Assembly (NCBI GenBank): GCA_016280445.1
Contig: JAEEGS010000040.1
Coordinates: 53,998 to 117,997 of the forward strand
Direction: 5' to 3'
Origin: Bacteroidaceae bacterium
GTDB lineage: Bacteria > Bacteroidota > Bacteroidia > Bacteroidales > Bacteroidaceae
DNA: 64,000 nucleotides
Position numbers and translations under genes: made by a program. Shown here piece after piece: positions 8,227 through 18,132 of the stretch. How positions within the stretch are numbered: the stretch's first letter is position 1; every line of letters begins with the position of its first letter. The notes beneath the pieces were generated by a model that saw only the letters and a list, made by a program, of their open reading frames with translations, was not told where the DNA came from and did not search any database.

Positions 8227-10353
8227 ATGCATAGAGTCGATTTATTTCCCACCCATGAATACCAAGGGCTGAAACTACGTCAGGGCAGACCTTATCCGTT
8301 TGGCGCAACGGTCGTTGGTAACATGGTCAACTTCTCGGTTTATTCCCGCTATGCCACCGACTGCACATTGGTGCTCTTCCACAATCGTGAAGAGAAACCA
8401 TTTGTCGAGATTCCTTTCTTCAAGGAGTTCCGGCTGGGCAATGTGTTCTCAATGATTATCTTCGACTTGGATTATGAGAACATAGAATACGGTTTCCGCA
8501 TGGACGGCCCCTTCCAACCGGAAGAAGGCCATCGCTTCGATAAGTCGAAAATCCTGCTCGACCCCTATGCAAAGTTGATTGTTGGGCGTGATGTGTGGGG
8601 ACAGCAACCCAACTGGGACAGTCTTTACCAGTATCGTGCCCGTGTGGTGTTCGGCGACTTCGACTGGGAAGACGACCTGCCGTTGGAAACACCTGTCAAC
8701 GACCTCGTCGTTTATGAAATGCACGTGCGCAACTTTACATGCGGTTCTGCTGCCAACGTGAAACATCCAGGAACGTTTGCAGGCATCGTCGAAAAAATAC
8801 CCTACCTCCTTGAATTGGGGGTCAACTGTGTGGAACTGATGCCTATCCATGAGTTCGACGAGTTTGAGAACCACCGTATCTCGCCCGTTGACGGACGAGA
8901 ACTCTACAATCTGTGGGGCTATAGCAACGTGGGATTTTTCGCCCCCAAGGCAGCCTACGCCTCGTCGGGCAGATTCGCCATGCAGGTGGATGAACTGAAG
9001 AATCTAGTGAAGCGGCTGCATGCCAACGGCATTGCGGTGATACTCGACGTGGTGTTCAACCGCACCGCCGAAGGCAACGAACAAGGCCCCTACATCTCCT
9101 ATCGCGGCATCGACAACAAGACCTACTACATGCTGACCCCCGATGGTTATTACTATAACTTCAGCGGCTGTGGCAATACGCTGAACTGCAATAATCCCAA
9201 TGTGCGCGAGATGATTGTGGAAAGCCTGCGCTATTGGGTCACCGACTATCACATTGACGGCTTCCGCTTCGACTTGGCCGCTATTCTCGGACGCGACCAG
9301 AACGGCAATCCCATGTCGAATCCGCCACTGCTCGAATCGTTGGCACACGACCCCATTCTCGGCAAAACAAAACTCATCGCCGAGGCTTGGGATGCGGGTG
9401 GACTCTATCAGGTGGGCTCGTTCCCGTCATGGGGACGATGGGCCGAGTGGAACGGGAAGTTCCGCGACAGCATGCGTCGTTTCCTGAAAAGCGACGAACA
9501 GGTGCTGGCCGACGTGAAAGAGCGCATCATCGGCTCGCCAGACCTCTATGCCTCACAAAAACGGGGCATCAAGGCCAGCGTCAACTTCATCACGGCACAC
9601 GACGGCTTCACGATGATGGACCTTGTGTCGTATAATGGCAAGCACAACGAAGCCAACGGCGAGGACAACCGCGACGGCGAGAACCACAACAACAGCTGGA
9701 ACTGCGGCTGCGAAGGGGAGACGGATGACCCCGAAATCAACCGTCTGCGCCATCAACAAGTGAAGAATGCCATCACGATGCTCATGGTAAGTCAAGGCAT
9801 ACCGATGGTGCTGTCGGGCGACGAGATGGGCAACTCCCAACAGGGCAACAACAACGCCTATTGCCAAGACAACGAAATTGCTTGGCTCGACTGGAACAAT
9901 CTCGAGAAGAACGCCGACATCTTCCGCTACTTCAAGCAAATCATCAAATTCCGCCGTCAGCACAAAGTGCTCCGCTACGAGGATCACCTCCAACAATGCG
10001 ACTATCTGGGTCTTGGCTACCCCGACTTCTCGTGGCATGGGATGAAGGCTTGGCAACCTGAAAGCGGTTGCAACAATCTCACAGTAGCATTCATGCTGGA
10101 CGGACAATATGCCGCGACCGACGGAGTGCCCGACGACTTCATCTATGTGGCCATAAACATGCATTGGGAGACGCACTGCTTCGAACCGCCTCAACTGCCA
10201 GAATCTATGGCTTGGCACGTATTCGCCAATACCGGAATGCCGTCTCCCGACGACATCTTCGAGCCTGGTAAGGAACCAATCATCGAGAACCAGCACGAGG
10301 TGCTTGTCGGCCCGCGGTCCATCATCATTTTAGTAGGAAGGGCAGCGTTATGA
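8227..10353 (+). CDS. glgX: Glycogen debranching enzyme (isoamylase, GH13 with N-terminal CBM48-like region)
   Basis: 708 aa with GFRFDLAAIL, AEAWDAGG and FITAHDGFT, as in GlgX/TreX. Confidence 0.9.
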   Translation: MHRVDLFPTHEYQGLKLRQGRPYPFGATVVGNMVNFSVYSRYATDCTLVLFHNREEKPFVEIPFFKEFRLGNVFSMIIFDLDYENIEYGFRMDGPFQPEEGHRFDKSKILLDPYAKLIVGRDVWGQQPNWDSLYQYRARVVFGDFDWEDDLPLETPVNDLVVYEMHVRNFTCGSAANVKHPGTFAGIVEKIPYLLELGVNCVELMPIHEFDEFENHRISPVDGRELYNLWGYSNVGFFAPKAAYASSGRFAMQVDELKNLVKRLHANGIAVILDVVFNRTAEGNEQGPYISYRGIDNKTYYMLTPDGYYYNFSGCGNTLNCNNPNVREMIVESLRYWVTDYHIDGFRFDLAAILGRDQNGNPMSNPPLLESLAHDPILGKTKLIAEAWDAGGLYQVGSFPSWGRWAEWNGKFRDSMRRFLKSDEQVLADVKERIIGSPDLYASQKRGIKASVNFITAHDGFTMMDLVSYNGKHNEANGEDNRDGENHNNSWNCGCEGETDDPEINRLRHQQVKNAITMLMVSQGIPMVLSGDEMGNSQQGNNNAYCQDNEIAWLDWNNLEKNADIFRYFKQIIKFRRQHKVLRYEDHLQQCDYLGLGYPDFSWHGMKAWQPESGCNNLTVAFMLDGQYAATDGVPDDFIYVAINMHWETHCFEPPQLPESMAWHVFANTGMPSPDDIFEPGKEPIIENQHEVLVGPRSIIILVGRAAL

Positions 10354-10751
10354 GCAAATTTCATTTTCAACCCATCAAAGGACAGGCTCACCAGATACTC
10401 AAAGCCATCCTGAAGTCGCCAGAGGTCTCCTCTTGCCATCTGAAAGCGACCTTGACGCTGCGGCTGGCTTGCGAAGAAATTATCATGAATGTGACCTCAT
10501 ACGCCTATCCCGAAGGTTCCGAGGGCTTTATGGATGTGGAAATCCAGAAAACCGACCGCATCGTCATCCGTTTCGAAGATGGTGGTGCGCCATTCAACCC
10601 CTTGGAGCAGGAAAATCCCGACACCCGCCTGTCGTGGAACAAACGTCGCATAGGTGGACTTGGCATTTTCCTTCTCTGCCGTAAAATGGATGATGTCCGC
10701 TATGCCTATGAAAATGGCAAGAATGTATTGACTATCGAAAAAATAATATGA
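10350..10751 (+). CDS. Anti-sigma-factor-type serine kinase (RsbW/SpoIIAB-like, GHKL ATPase)
   Basis: 133 aa with N-box EEIIMNV and G-box GGLGIFL. Its start overlaps the glgX stop by 4 nt. Confidence 0.75.
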   Translation: MSKFHFQPIKGQAHQILKAILKSPEVSSCHLKATLTLRLACEEIIMNVTSYAYPEGSEGFMDVEIQKTDRIVIRFEDGGAPFNPLEQENPDTRLSWNKRRIGGLGIFLLCRKMDDVRYAYENGKNVLTIEKII

Positions 10752-12661
10752 CAAAGAGTAAGCTGTCACGCCGTATCACTTGGCGCGTTATCGGAATCAT
10801 ATCGTTCTTCAATGTGCTAATCATTGGAGCAATATTGGGGTTTGTCTTCGAAATTTCACTCGATACCAGCAGTACGCGTGGGCAGTACGTGACCGATGGG
10901 ATTGTCGGCAATATTGAGACCATGCTGCATGTGGCAAAGGCTGTTACATTCAACAACCGTGCCGAAGTGGAGGCTAATCTGGACAGTCCTGAGCATGTGT
11001 TCGACGCTATGGAGCACATCCTGCAGATCAACAAGGGGCTTGCAGGCTGTTTCGTTGCTTTTGAGCCTAACTATTTCAATGGTCAAGGGTCGGCCGATGG
11101 CCGATGGTTTGAGGCCTACGCCTATCACACCGACAGTACACACATCGAGCGCCGGCAGATAGGCTCTGCACAGCACGACTATTTCAATGGACCATGGTAT
11201 CAGCAGGCACTTTCCTTAGGCAGATACGACGACGGTTACCTGTCAGACATGTACTACGACGACACTGTCAACAGCGGTATGTTCTGCAGTTACGCCGTGC
11301 CCATCTTCGACCCTCAGGGGAACAAAGTTGGCGTATACGGCGTGGACCTGAGTATGGAATGGGTTGACAATGCCATCGAGGAAACGATGGGAAGCGTCAA
11401 GAAGGAATTCCTCGGCAACATTGAAGGAAACAATTATACGGCTGATAAGATCTATTTCTCCATCCAGATCCTCGACAGCAAGGGCAACAGGATTACAGGT
11501 TCTGACTCCATCGACATCTCTATTCTCAAAGGGGAGCAAGTGGATGTGAACGACGAACTTGAGATGAAAGACTTGAAGGGTACACCTTATTATATTAATT
11601 CCAAGCAAATAGGCCATACGGGCTGGACATTGGTTGTGCTCCAGCATCGCGAATTGGTGTTCTGGTGGGGAATCCTGTTCGCCGCCGCCATCTTGTTATT
11701 CATGGGCGTTGGTTGCCTGGCCATCTTCTTTTTCACGAGCCACAGCATCCGCCACGCCACAAAGCCGCTGAGATTCCTGTCTGAGGTGGCTCAAGAGGTG
11801 GCAACGGGTAACTTCGACACACCGCTGCCCACGTTTAAGGACAACGATGAAGTGGCTCAGATGCGCGACTCGTTCGGCACCATGCAACAGTCGCTGAAGC
11901 TGTATGTGGAGGAACTGAAGGCATCGACCGCAGCCAAGGCTTCTATCGAGAGTGAGTTGAATGTGGCGCACAGCATCCAGATGTCCATGCTACCCAAGAC
12001 TTTCCCCGCCTTCCCCGATCGCAAGGACATAGAGCTTTATGCTTCGCTGACACCAGCCAAAGCTGTTGGCGGCGACCTCTATGACTTCTTCATCCACAAT
12101 GAGAAACTGTTCTTCTGCATTGGCGACGTATCGGGCAAGGGCGTACCGGCCTCGTTAGTTATGGCAGTCAGCCGCACGCTCTTCCGCAATATCTCGGCCC
12201 ATACCGATAAGCCAAGCCATATCGTGAAAACGATGAACGTAAACATCTGCGAGGGCAACGACAACTGTATGTTCGTCACGTTGTTCGTTGGTGTGCTTGA
12301 CTTACAGACCGGCCATCTGCGCTACTGTAACGCTGGGCATGAATCGCCATACATCCAGGGCACCATGCTTCCGTGTGACTCCAATATGCCTGTTGGTATC
12401 ATGTCAGACCTTGAATACTCTGAGCAAGAAACAGACATCAATCCCGGAATGACTGTTTTCCTATATACTGATGGTCTGACCGAGGCCGAAAACGCCAAGC
12501 GTGATTTGTTTGGAAGGCAGCGTATCAACAATGTTATCACCACTTTTTCTGGTTCCCCTCAGCAGCTTATCGAAACCATGACTGCCGCCGTCCACCAGTA
12601 TGTCGGTGACACCGAGCAGAGCGACGACCTCACGATGCTGGCTTTTAAGTATAAGGGATAA
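10748..12661 (+). CDS. Membrane sensor PP2C phosphatase (periplasmic Cache-like domain, HAMP, SpoIIE/RsbU-type PP2C)
   Basis: Two TM segments and a HAMP-like linker ([25 protein letters not shown]). The SpoIIE motif [12 protein letters not shown] and a C-terminal DD(L/I)T motif are present. The start overlaps the upstream stop by 4 nt. Confidence 0.85.
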   Translation: MTKSKLSRRITWRVIGIISFFNVLIIGAILGFVFEISLDTSSTRGQYVTDGIVGNIETMLHVAKAVTFNNRAEVEANLDSPEHVFDAMEHILQINKGLAGCFVAFEPNYFNGQGSADGRWFEAYAYHTDSTHIERRQIGSAQHDYFNGPWYQQALSLGRYDDGYLSDMYYDDTVNSGMFCSYAVPIFDPQGNKVGVYGVDLSMEWVDNAIEETMGSVKKEFLGNIEGNNYTADKIYFSIQILDSKGNRITGSDSIDISILKGEQVDVNDELEMKDLKGTPYYINSKQIGHTGWTLVVLQHRELVFWWGILFAAAILLFMGVGCLAIFFFTSHSIRHATKPLRFLSEVAQEVATGNFDTPLPTFKDNDEVAQMRDSFGTMQQSLKLYVEELKASTAAKASIESELNVAHSIQMSMLPKTFPAFPDRKDIELYASLTPAKAVGGDLYDFFIHNEKLFFCIGDVSGKGVPASLVMAVSRTLFRNISAHTDKPSHIVKTMNVNICEGNDNCMFVTLFVGVLDLQTGHLRYCNAGHESPYIQGTMLPCDSNMPVGIMSDLEYSEQETDINPGMTVFLYTDGLTEAENAKRDLFGRQRINNVITTFSGSPQQLIETMTAAVHQYVGDTEQSDDLTMLAFKYKG

Positions 12662-12776
12662 TATTGCTGGCTTATATTCACCCACATTTACGCCTCATCA
12701 AGGTATCGGCTACAAGACAACAATAAAAAAAGAGAAATATACGTTATATGATTACAAACATCAAAACATTACAAGT

Positions 12777-13754
12777 ATGAGCAGGATTAAAACTATTGGT
12801 ATTTTGACGTCGGGCGGCGACTCCCCCGGCATGAACGCAGCTATCCGTGCCGTGACGCGTGCTGGTATTTACAACTGTTTTAAGATCAAGGGTATCTATC
12901 GTGGCTACGATGGTCTCATCAATGGTGAGATAAAGGAGCTGACTACCGAGGATGTCAGTGGAATCATCACCCGTGGCGGCACCATTCTGAAGAGTGCCCG
13001 CAGCAAGGAGTTCATGACGCCCGAAGGTAGGCAGAAGGCTTACGAAACATGCCAAAGGGAAGGGATTGACGCACTGGTGGTCATTGGAGGCAACGGCTCG
13101 CTGACGGGTGCCCGTGACTTTGCTATGGAGCATGACTTCACCTGCATCGGACTGCCTGGCACCATTGACAACGACCTCTACGGCACGGACGCCACCATCG
13201 GCTATGATACCACGATGAACACCATCATGGAGTGTGTAGACCGTATCCGCGACACCGCCAACTCGCACGAACGCATCTTCTTCATCGAGGTGATGGGACG
13301 TGATGCCGGTTTCCTGGCACAGAACTGTGCCATCGCCTGTGGTGCCGAGGCTGCCATCGTACCTGAGGAAACAACCGACGTTGACCAACTAGCAGCATTC
13401 ATGGGTCGTGGAATCCGTAAGTCAAAGAAGTCGTGCATCGTTATCGTCTCGGAGAGTCCGAAGTGCGGCGCCCTCTATTATGCCGACCGTGTAAAGAATG
13501 AGTTCCCCGAGTTCGACGTGCGCGTGTCCATCCTCGGTCACCTGCAGCGTGGCGGCACTCCGTCGGCCCGCGACCGCATCCTGGCCAGCTGTACAGGCGT
13601 TGGCGCCATCGAGGCCATTATACAGGGACAGCGCAACGTGATGGTTGGCATACGCAACAATGATATCGTCTATGTGCCCTTCTCTGAGTGCATCCGCACC
13701 GATAAGCGTTTTGACAAACGCCTGATTAATGTGCTCGACGAGTTGAGCATCTAA
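12777..13754 (+). CDS. pfkA: ATP-dependent 6-phosphofructokinase
   Basis: [27 protein letters not shown] and MGRDAG motifs. The start is set at MSRIKTIG (ATG 12777). Confidence 0.92.
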   Translation: MSRIKTIGILTSGGDSPGMNAAIRAVTRAGIYNCFKIKGIYRGYDGLINGEIKELTTEDVSGIITRGGTILKSARSKEFMTPEGRQKAYETCQREGIDALVVIGGNGSLTGARDFAMEHDFTCIGLPGTIDNDLYGTDATIGYDTTMNTIMECVDRIRDTANSHERIFFIEVMGRDAGFLAQNCAIACGAEAAIVPEETTDVDQLAAFMGRGIRKSKKSCIVIVSESPKCGALYYADRVKNEFPEFDVRVSILGHLQRGGTPSARDRILASCTGVGAIEAIIQGQRNVMVGIRNNDIVYVPFSECIRTDKRFDKRLINVLDELSI

Positions 13755-13804
13755 AAGAAACATTGATGATTCAAATAAGTCAAACACATAAACACCTTTG
13801 AAAT

Positions 13805-14785
13805 ATGAAACATTTTATACTGATTCTGATGACGTTGTTGGTGGGACTGACAGCCTCAGCCCAAAGCAAACGTGAAGCGATGCGCGAACGAATGGACAAC
13901 GTGTTGCGCAAGAACTATGAGAAGGTATCCTATGACACCCTCTACATGAAACGTCCTGACTACAAACTGACAGTGAGAATGAGAGGCAACCTGTCTGGCT
14001 ACTACCAGGACTCCAAGTTCAACGAAAATGGCTACCGCTACAACGCCAAAGTCAACACCGAAACCCGTGGAACCATCAGTGCAGCAGCCACCTACTATGG
14101 AGTGACTGCAGGCTTGGCACTCAATCCCGCCCGTCTGGCTGGTAAGAACAAAGATCTGGAGCTCAACATCAACGCCTATGGCAACCGTTTCGGTCTGGAA
14201 GCCAACTACCAAGATTCCAAGACACTCTCCGGCCACATCGACGGTGACAGAAGATACCACATCAGCAAGGGCGACTTGAAGTTGTCACTTCTCACCATCA
14301 CAGGATACTATGCCTTCAACTACCATCACTTCTCCTATCCCGCTGCCTTCACGCAGTCCTACATCCAGAAGCGTTCGGCAGGCTCATGGGTCGTAGGCCT
14401 CACCTATCAGGGCGGCAGACTCAAAACCACCGACGATGCCCCTGCCGATATGGTCAAGACACGCGTCACCATGAATTCTATTGCCGTCGGTGGTGGCTAC
14501 GCCTACAACCTCGTGGCAGGCAAATGGCTCTTCCATGCTTCAGCAATGCCCAGCCTGATTGTCTTCAACGACATCAACATCAAAGAAAACGGCGTGAAGC
14601 ACGACGGAAAAACTCACTTCCCCGAGGTGATTACCAACACCCGCGCTGCCATCGTCTATAACTTCAGCCAGAAATACTTTGCCGGCTCCACCTTCTTCTT
14701 CAACACCACTCTCTTGGGCGACAACGACGAATACAGCCATCAGACCAAATGGCGTGCTCGTGCCTTCTTTGGTTTCCGCCTGTAA
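13805..14785 (+). CDS. Secreted outer-membrane beta-barrel-type hypothetical protein
   Basis: Signal peptide (MKHFILILMTLLVGLTASAQ), alternating aromatic/Gly-rich strands and a C-terminal ...FFGFRL, typical of OM barrels. No family is assigned with confidence. Confidence 0.6.
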   Translation: MKHFILILMTLLVGLTASAQSKREAMRERMDNVLRKNYEKVSYDTLYMKRPDYKLTVRMRGNLSGYYQDSKFNENGYRYNAKVNTETRGTISAAATYYGVTAGLALNPARLAGKNKDLELNINAYGNRFGLEANYQDSKTLSGHIDGDRRYHISKGDLKLSLLTITGYYAFNYHHFSYPAAFTQSYIQKRSAGSWVVGLTYQGGRLKTTDDAPADMVKTRVTMNSIAVGGGYAYNLVAGKWLFHASAMPSLIVFNDINIKENGVKHDGKTHFPEVITNTRAAIVYNFSQKYFAGSTFFFNTTLLGDNDEYSHQTKWRARAFFGFRL

Positions 14786-14808
14786 TGACAGTCAAGGAGA
14801 AATAGGAA

Positions 14809-15513
14809 ATGGCACAGAAACCCAAGAATTTCCACCGTCACTTTGCGACGAAAGGTACAGACCTTTATTGGATTATTATTGCTTACATCATCGTTGGCTG
14901 GTTCTATCCGGTCGTGGGACTCCTTGCCTTCATCTGCATGATTGGTCCTGTGCTTACATCGATATGGAAAGGTCGCTACTGGTGCGGCAATGCCTGTCCG
15001 CGAGGCAATATGTATGACCGTCTGCTGTCGAAATATTCACCTCACAAACCGATTCCAAAGTTTGTCCGCACGTTTGGTTTCCGTCTGTTCATGGTGCTCT
15101 TCATCTTCAGCATGTTTGGCGTGCAACTGACATTCACCGTTCCTTGGAGCGAAGGAGGACTGCCCATGTGGAGTGCTGTCGGACGTGTGTTCTGGAACAT
15201 TATCGTGGTGACCACCATTGTCGGCATCATTCTCTCATTCATCTATGCACCACGCACCTGGTGTTCCTTCTGTCCTATGGGGACGCTGTCTGCATGGGTG
15301 GCTCCCAAGAAAGAGCCAATGCCCAAACCCTACACAAGTGTCCGCGTGTCGAGTGACTGCCAGATGAAATGCAAGATGTGTGCCCGCGTTTGCCCTATGC
15401 AACTCACACCCTACGACAGTAGAGGCAACAAGGCAGGCTACCTTCATCCTGATTGCTTGAAATGCGGCAAATGCACTTTCGCTTGTCCTACAAAAATCAT
15501 GAACCTACATTAA
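14809..15513 (+). CDS. Membrane-bound 4Fe-4S cluster-binding protein
   Basis: Several TM helices plus the ferredoxin-type motifs CKMCARVCP and CLKCGKCTFACP. Confidence 0.75.
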   Translation: MAQKPKNFHRHFATKGTDLYWIIIAYIIVGWFYPVVGLLAFICMIGPVLTSIWKGRYWCGNACPRGNMYDRLLSKYSPHKPIPKFVRTFGFRLFMVLFIFSMFGVQLTFTVPWSEGGLPMWSAVGRVFWNIIVVTTIVGIILSFIYAPRTWCSFCPMGTLSAWVAPKKEPMPKPYTSVRVSSDCQMKCKMCARVCPMQLTPYDSRGNKAGYLHPDCLKCGKCTFACPTKIMNLH

Positions 15514-15526
15514 ACGGAATGTGTCT

Positions 15527-15624
15527 TACACTGCCTCAAAGGCGGTGTGAGTCACACCGATAGTAACGGTCTGAGTCACACCGAGGGGGTCGGTGTGACT
15601 CAGACCGTTTTTGAGGTAGTGGAA
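15527..15624. repeat. Family A palindromic intergenic element, copy A2
   Basis: Same architecture as A1: dyad CGGTGTGAGTCACACCG, then an 18-bp perfect hairpin (15567-15584 / 15590-15607) with loop GGGGG. The ends are CACTGCCTCAAA / TTTGAGGTAGTG. Confidence 0.85.
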
Positions 15625-15647
15625 CTGTGTTTTGAGTGCTTGTTACG

Positions 15648-16256
15648 TTACAGTACCTTGATTAACTCCACATCAAAGATGAGGGTGGCGAATGGTGGAA
15701 TCATGGCACCAGCACCGCCTTCTCCGTATGCGAGCATGTAGGGGATGTAGAAACGGAACTTGGAGCCTTCTGCCATCAACTGTACACCTTCTGTCCAACC
15801 TGCGATGACTTGCTGGAGACCGAAGTCGGCAGGGGAGTTGCGCTTGTAACTGCTGTCGAACACGGTACCATCCAACAGACGACCTTCGTAGTGACAACGC
15901 ACGGTGTCGGTGGCAGTTGGCTTCTTGCCTGTGCCTTCTGTCAACACTTCGTACTGAAGTCCACTCTTGGTGACGATGATTCCTTCCTTTTTGGCATTCT
16001 CGGCCAAGAATTTGGCACCTTCCTCTTTGGCTGCCTTACCAGCTTCTGCCTTTTCAGCATTCTTTTTCTGTTCCAACTGCTGGAAGAAGGTGTTGACAAT
16101 CTGCTGACCTTCCTGATGACTTACCTTTAAAGGATTCTCTTCGAGCACATCGGTGATGGATGCTGCGAAATCTTCCACTACGAGACTGTCTTTGAGTCCC
16201 ATTTGCTTGAGTTGCTGGCCAATGCCTAGGCCTAATGCATAACTTAATTTATCCAT
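15648..16256 (-). CDS. FKBP-type peptidyl-prolyl cis-trans isomerase
   Basis: C-terminal FKBP domain (GTVFDSSYKRNSPADFGLQQVIAGWTEG...IPPFATLIFDVELI). Confidence 0.9.
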   Translation of the reverse strand: MDKLSYALGLGIGQQLKQMGLKDSLVVEDFAASITDVLEENPLKVSHQEGQQIVNTFFQQLEQKKNAEKAEAGKAAKEEGAKFLAENAKKEGIIVTKSGLQYEVLTEGTGKKPTATDTVRCHYEGRLLDGTVFDSSYKRNSPADFGLQQVIAGWTEGVQLMAEGSKFRFYIPYMLAYGEGGAGAMIPPFATLIFDVELIKVL

Positions 16257-16285
16257 AATTATATTTATGATTTTACAATTGATTT

Positions 16286-16380
16286 GTAAAGTTTAAAGTT
16301 GAGAGATTAGAGTTTACAGAGGACTGACGCTATGCAAGCTACATGGTCTTTAACCCTTAAACTTTAAACGCTAAACTTTA
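16286..16380 (-). repeat. Family B intergenic repeat, diverged copy B4
   Basis: On the minus strand it shares GTTTAAGGGTTAAAGACCATG..., CTGTAAACTCTA and AACTTTAAACTTT with B1-B3. It lies between ribD and the FKBP gene. Confidence 0.7.
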
Positions 16381-16388
16381 TTCGGCTG

Positions 16389-16396
16389 CAAAGGTA
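16389..16396 (-). promoter_or_regulatory. -7 promoter box TAccTTTG (minus strand) upstream of B4 and the FKBP gene
   Basis: The plus strand reads CAAAGGTA within CGTACCTTTGCA, the extended box that recurs in this window. Confidence 0.5.
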
Positions 16397-16407
16397 CGGA
16401 AAAAATG

Positions 16408-17361
16408 CTAATTTTTCACATACTTAGTGAGTTGATGTCCGAAAATGGTGTGAACTTCTTCTTGCAGGGCTGCAGATAGGGTAGGGGCTTTCACTTTCCC
16501 GTGGATGTTTTCTGTACCTGTCTCCACATAACATTCATCCCAAAGACCGCTGTTGATGAATGACTGATGGAGTTCTGCTCCTCCTTCGACCAAGAGTGTC
16601 TGAATGCCTTCTTCGTAAAGACGATGAAGAATGTTATCAACATCTGTTGACTGAATGAGATGATAACCTTCTGGGAGTTTCAACGATTGTGAGGAAACAA
16701 CATATCTGCGAGGTGAATCACCTACCCATTCACGTGTGGTTAATGTGGGATTGTCTATCTCGAAAGTTTTTCTGCCTACGAGAATGGCTTGATGTTCTGA
16801 ACGAAGTTTGTGACAATGCATCTGGGTGTAAGTGTTGGATATGTGTCCATCCATATAGCCATCAGCCGATTCTGCCCACTTCAAGGTGACAAATGGACGA
16901 TGCTTGCCATGAAAGGTCATAAAACGCTTGTTCAATGCCTTACATTCTTTCTCCAACACTCCCACAGTCACTTCCATACCAGCATCTCTCAGTTTTTGGA
17001 TACCCCGACCTTGCACCTTTGCAAAGGGATCTTGACAACCTATGACACAACGTTTGAAACCCTTACTTATCAACAGGTCGGCACATGGAGGTGTCTTACC
17101 ATAATGACTGCATGGTTCCAAACTCACATAGATGGTGCTTTCTGGCAACCACTTCTCATCTTCTGGTCGTACAGATGCACAAGCATTCACCTCTGCATGA
17201 CCTTCGCCACAACGTATATGATATCCTTCTCCTATGATTCGTCCGTTGTGAACAATCACGGCACCCACCATAGGATTAGGCTGTGCATTCTTTCTGCCAT
17301 TCGCTGCCAACTGCAGACAACGACGCATATACATCTCATCAGTTATTGACACATCTTTCAT
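16408..17361 (-). CDS. ribD: Bifunctional riboflavin biosynthesis deaminase/reductase
   Basis: Cytidine-deaminase zinc motifs HAEVNA and PCSHYGKTPPC, followed by a reductase domain. Confidence 0.9.
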   Translation of the reverse strand: MKDVSITDEMYMRRCLQLAANGRKNAQPNPMVGAVIVHNGRIIGEGYHIRCGEGHAEVNACASVRPEDEKWLPESTIYVSLEPCSHYGKTPPCADLLISKGFKRCVIGCQDPFAKVQGRGIQKLRDAGMEVTVGVLEKECKALNKRFMTFHGKHRPFVTLKWAESADGYMDGHISNTYTQMHCHKLRSEHQAILVGRKTFEIDNPTLTTREWVGDSPRRYVVSSQSLKLPEGYHLIQSTDVDNILHRLYEEGIQTLLVEGGAELHQSFINSGLWDECYVETGTENIHGKVKAPTLSAALQEEVHTIFGHQLTKYVKN

Positions 17362-17438
17362 CAGTTATTGTCAACTTTATTAACACCTGCAAAATTAGTA
17401 ATTAACACCCAAAAACAAAAGAATCATCAGTATTTTCA

Positions 17439-17998
17439 TTATCAAAACTTTGGAAACCAAAACGGATTCACTAAATTTGCAACTTATTAACCACTTATCA
17501 ACAGATTATCAACAAGTATATCAACTGTCTTATTCACATATTTATCCACAACAATTATGAGTGACGGCAACTTCAACAGACAACTACTTCCCAAGACTGA
17601 TTTGAGTTCAGGTCTTCGTGCCGGAAAGGCTCAAATGAAGATGAAAGCACAGCAAGCCTTTGAACAGGTTATCAACACCTACTTTCCCGATGAGTCGGAA
17701 GAACGTAAGGCGGCTATGAAACAATCTTTTATGGAGTTGTTAAGAAGGAGTTAAGGAGGTAAAAAATAAGGATTATCAACAAAAAACTATTGATAACCCT
17801 ATTCATAAACTATTCACAATTTTATCATAACTTATCATAACTTTTTTTGCTTTTTTTCAGCCAATTTTTATACCTGCATCTGCTTGAATTATCCAAAAAA
17901 AGTTATTCTTTTTTTTCAACTTTTTTTCAATAGGAAATGTGGTACTTTTCTACAATGTAAATGATTGATAAACAAAGCAATCATGGTAATTATCAACA
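17439..17998. promoter_or_regulatory. Cluster of DnaA-box-like 9-mers in an AT-rich non-coding region (candidate oriC or DnaA-regulated region)
   Basis: TTATCCACA at 17542. TTATTCACA at 17530. TTATCAACA at 17495, 17506, 17773 and 17990. TTATCAATA on the minus strand at 17788-17796. TTATCATAA at 17822 and 17832. T-tracts at 17841-17930. Confidence 0.45.
17557..17754 (+). CDS. Small hypothetical protein (65 aa)
   Basis: ATG-initiated ORF 7 nt after the perfect DnaA box. A TAaaTTTG box lies at 17472-17479. No recognisable domain. Confidence 0.35.
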   Translation: MSDGNFNRQLLPKTDLSSGLRAGKAQMKMKAQQAFEQVINTYFPDESEERKAAMKQSFMELLRRS

Positions 17999-18096
17999 TA
18001 TTCAACACACTATAAATATCATCATATTTGTTTTTAATAAATAAAAAATAAATACAATATATATATTACTTAAGTTTCGGAAGGTCCACTTTCTTG

Positions 18097-18132
18097 GAGT
18101 TAAAGAAGTTAAAGGAGTTAGAGGAGATAAAG
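18097..18132. repeat. Four tandem 9-bp units (GAGTTAAAG / AAGTTAAAG / GAGTTAGAG / GAGATAAAG)
   Basis: Read directly from the sequence. A 16-nt inverted copy, TAACTTCTTTAACTCC, lies at 18188-18203. Confidence 0.8.
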
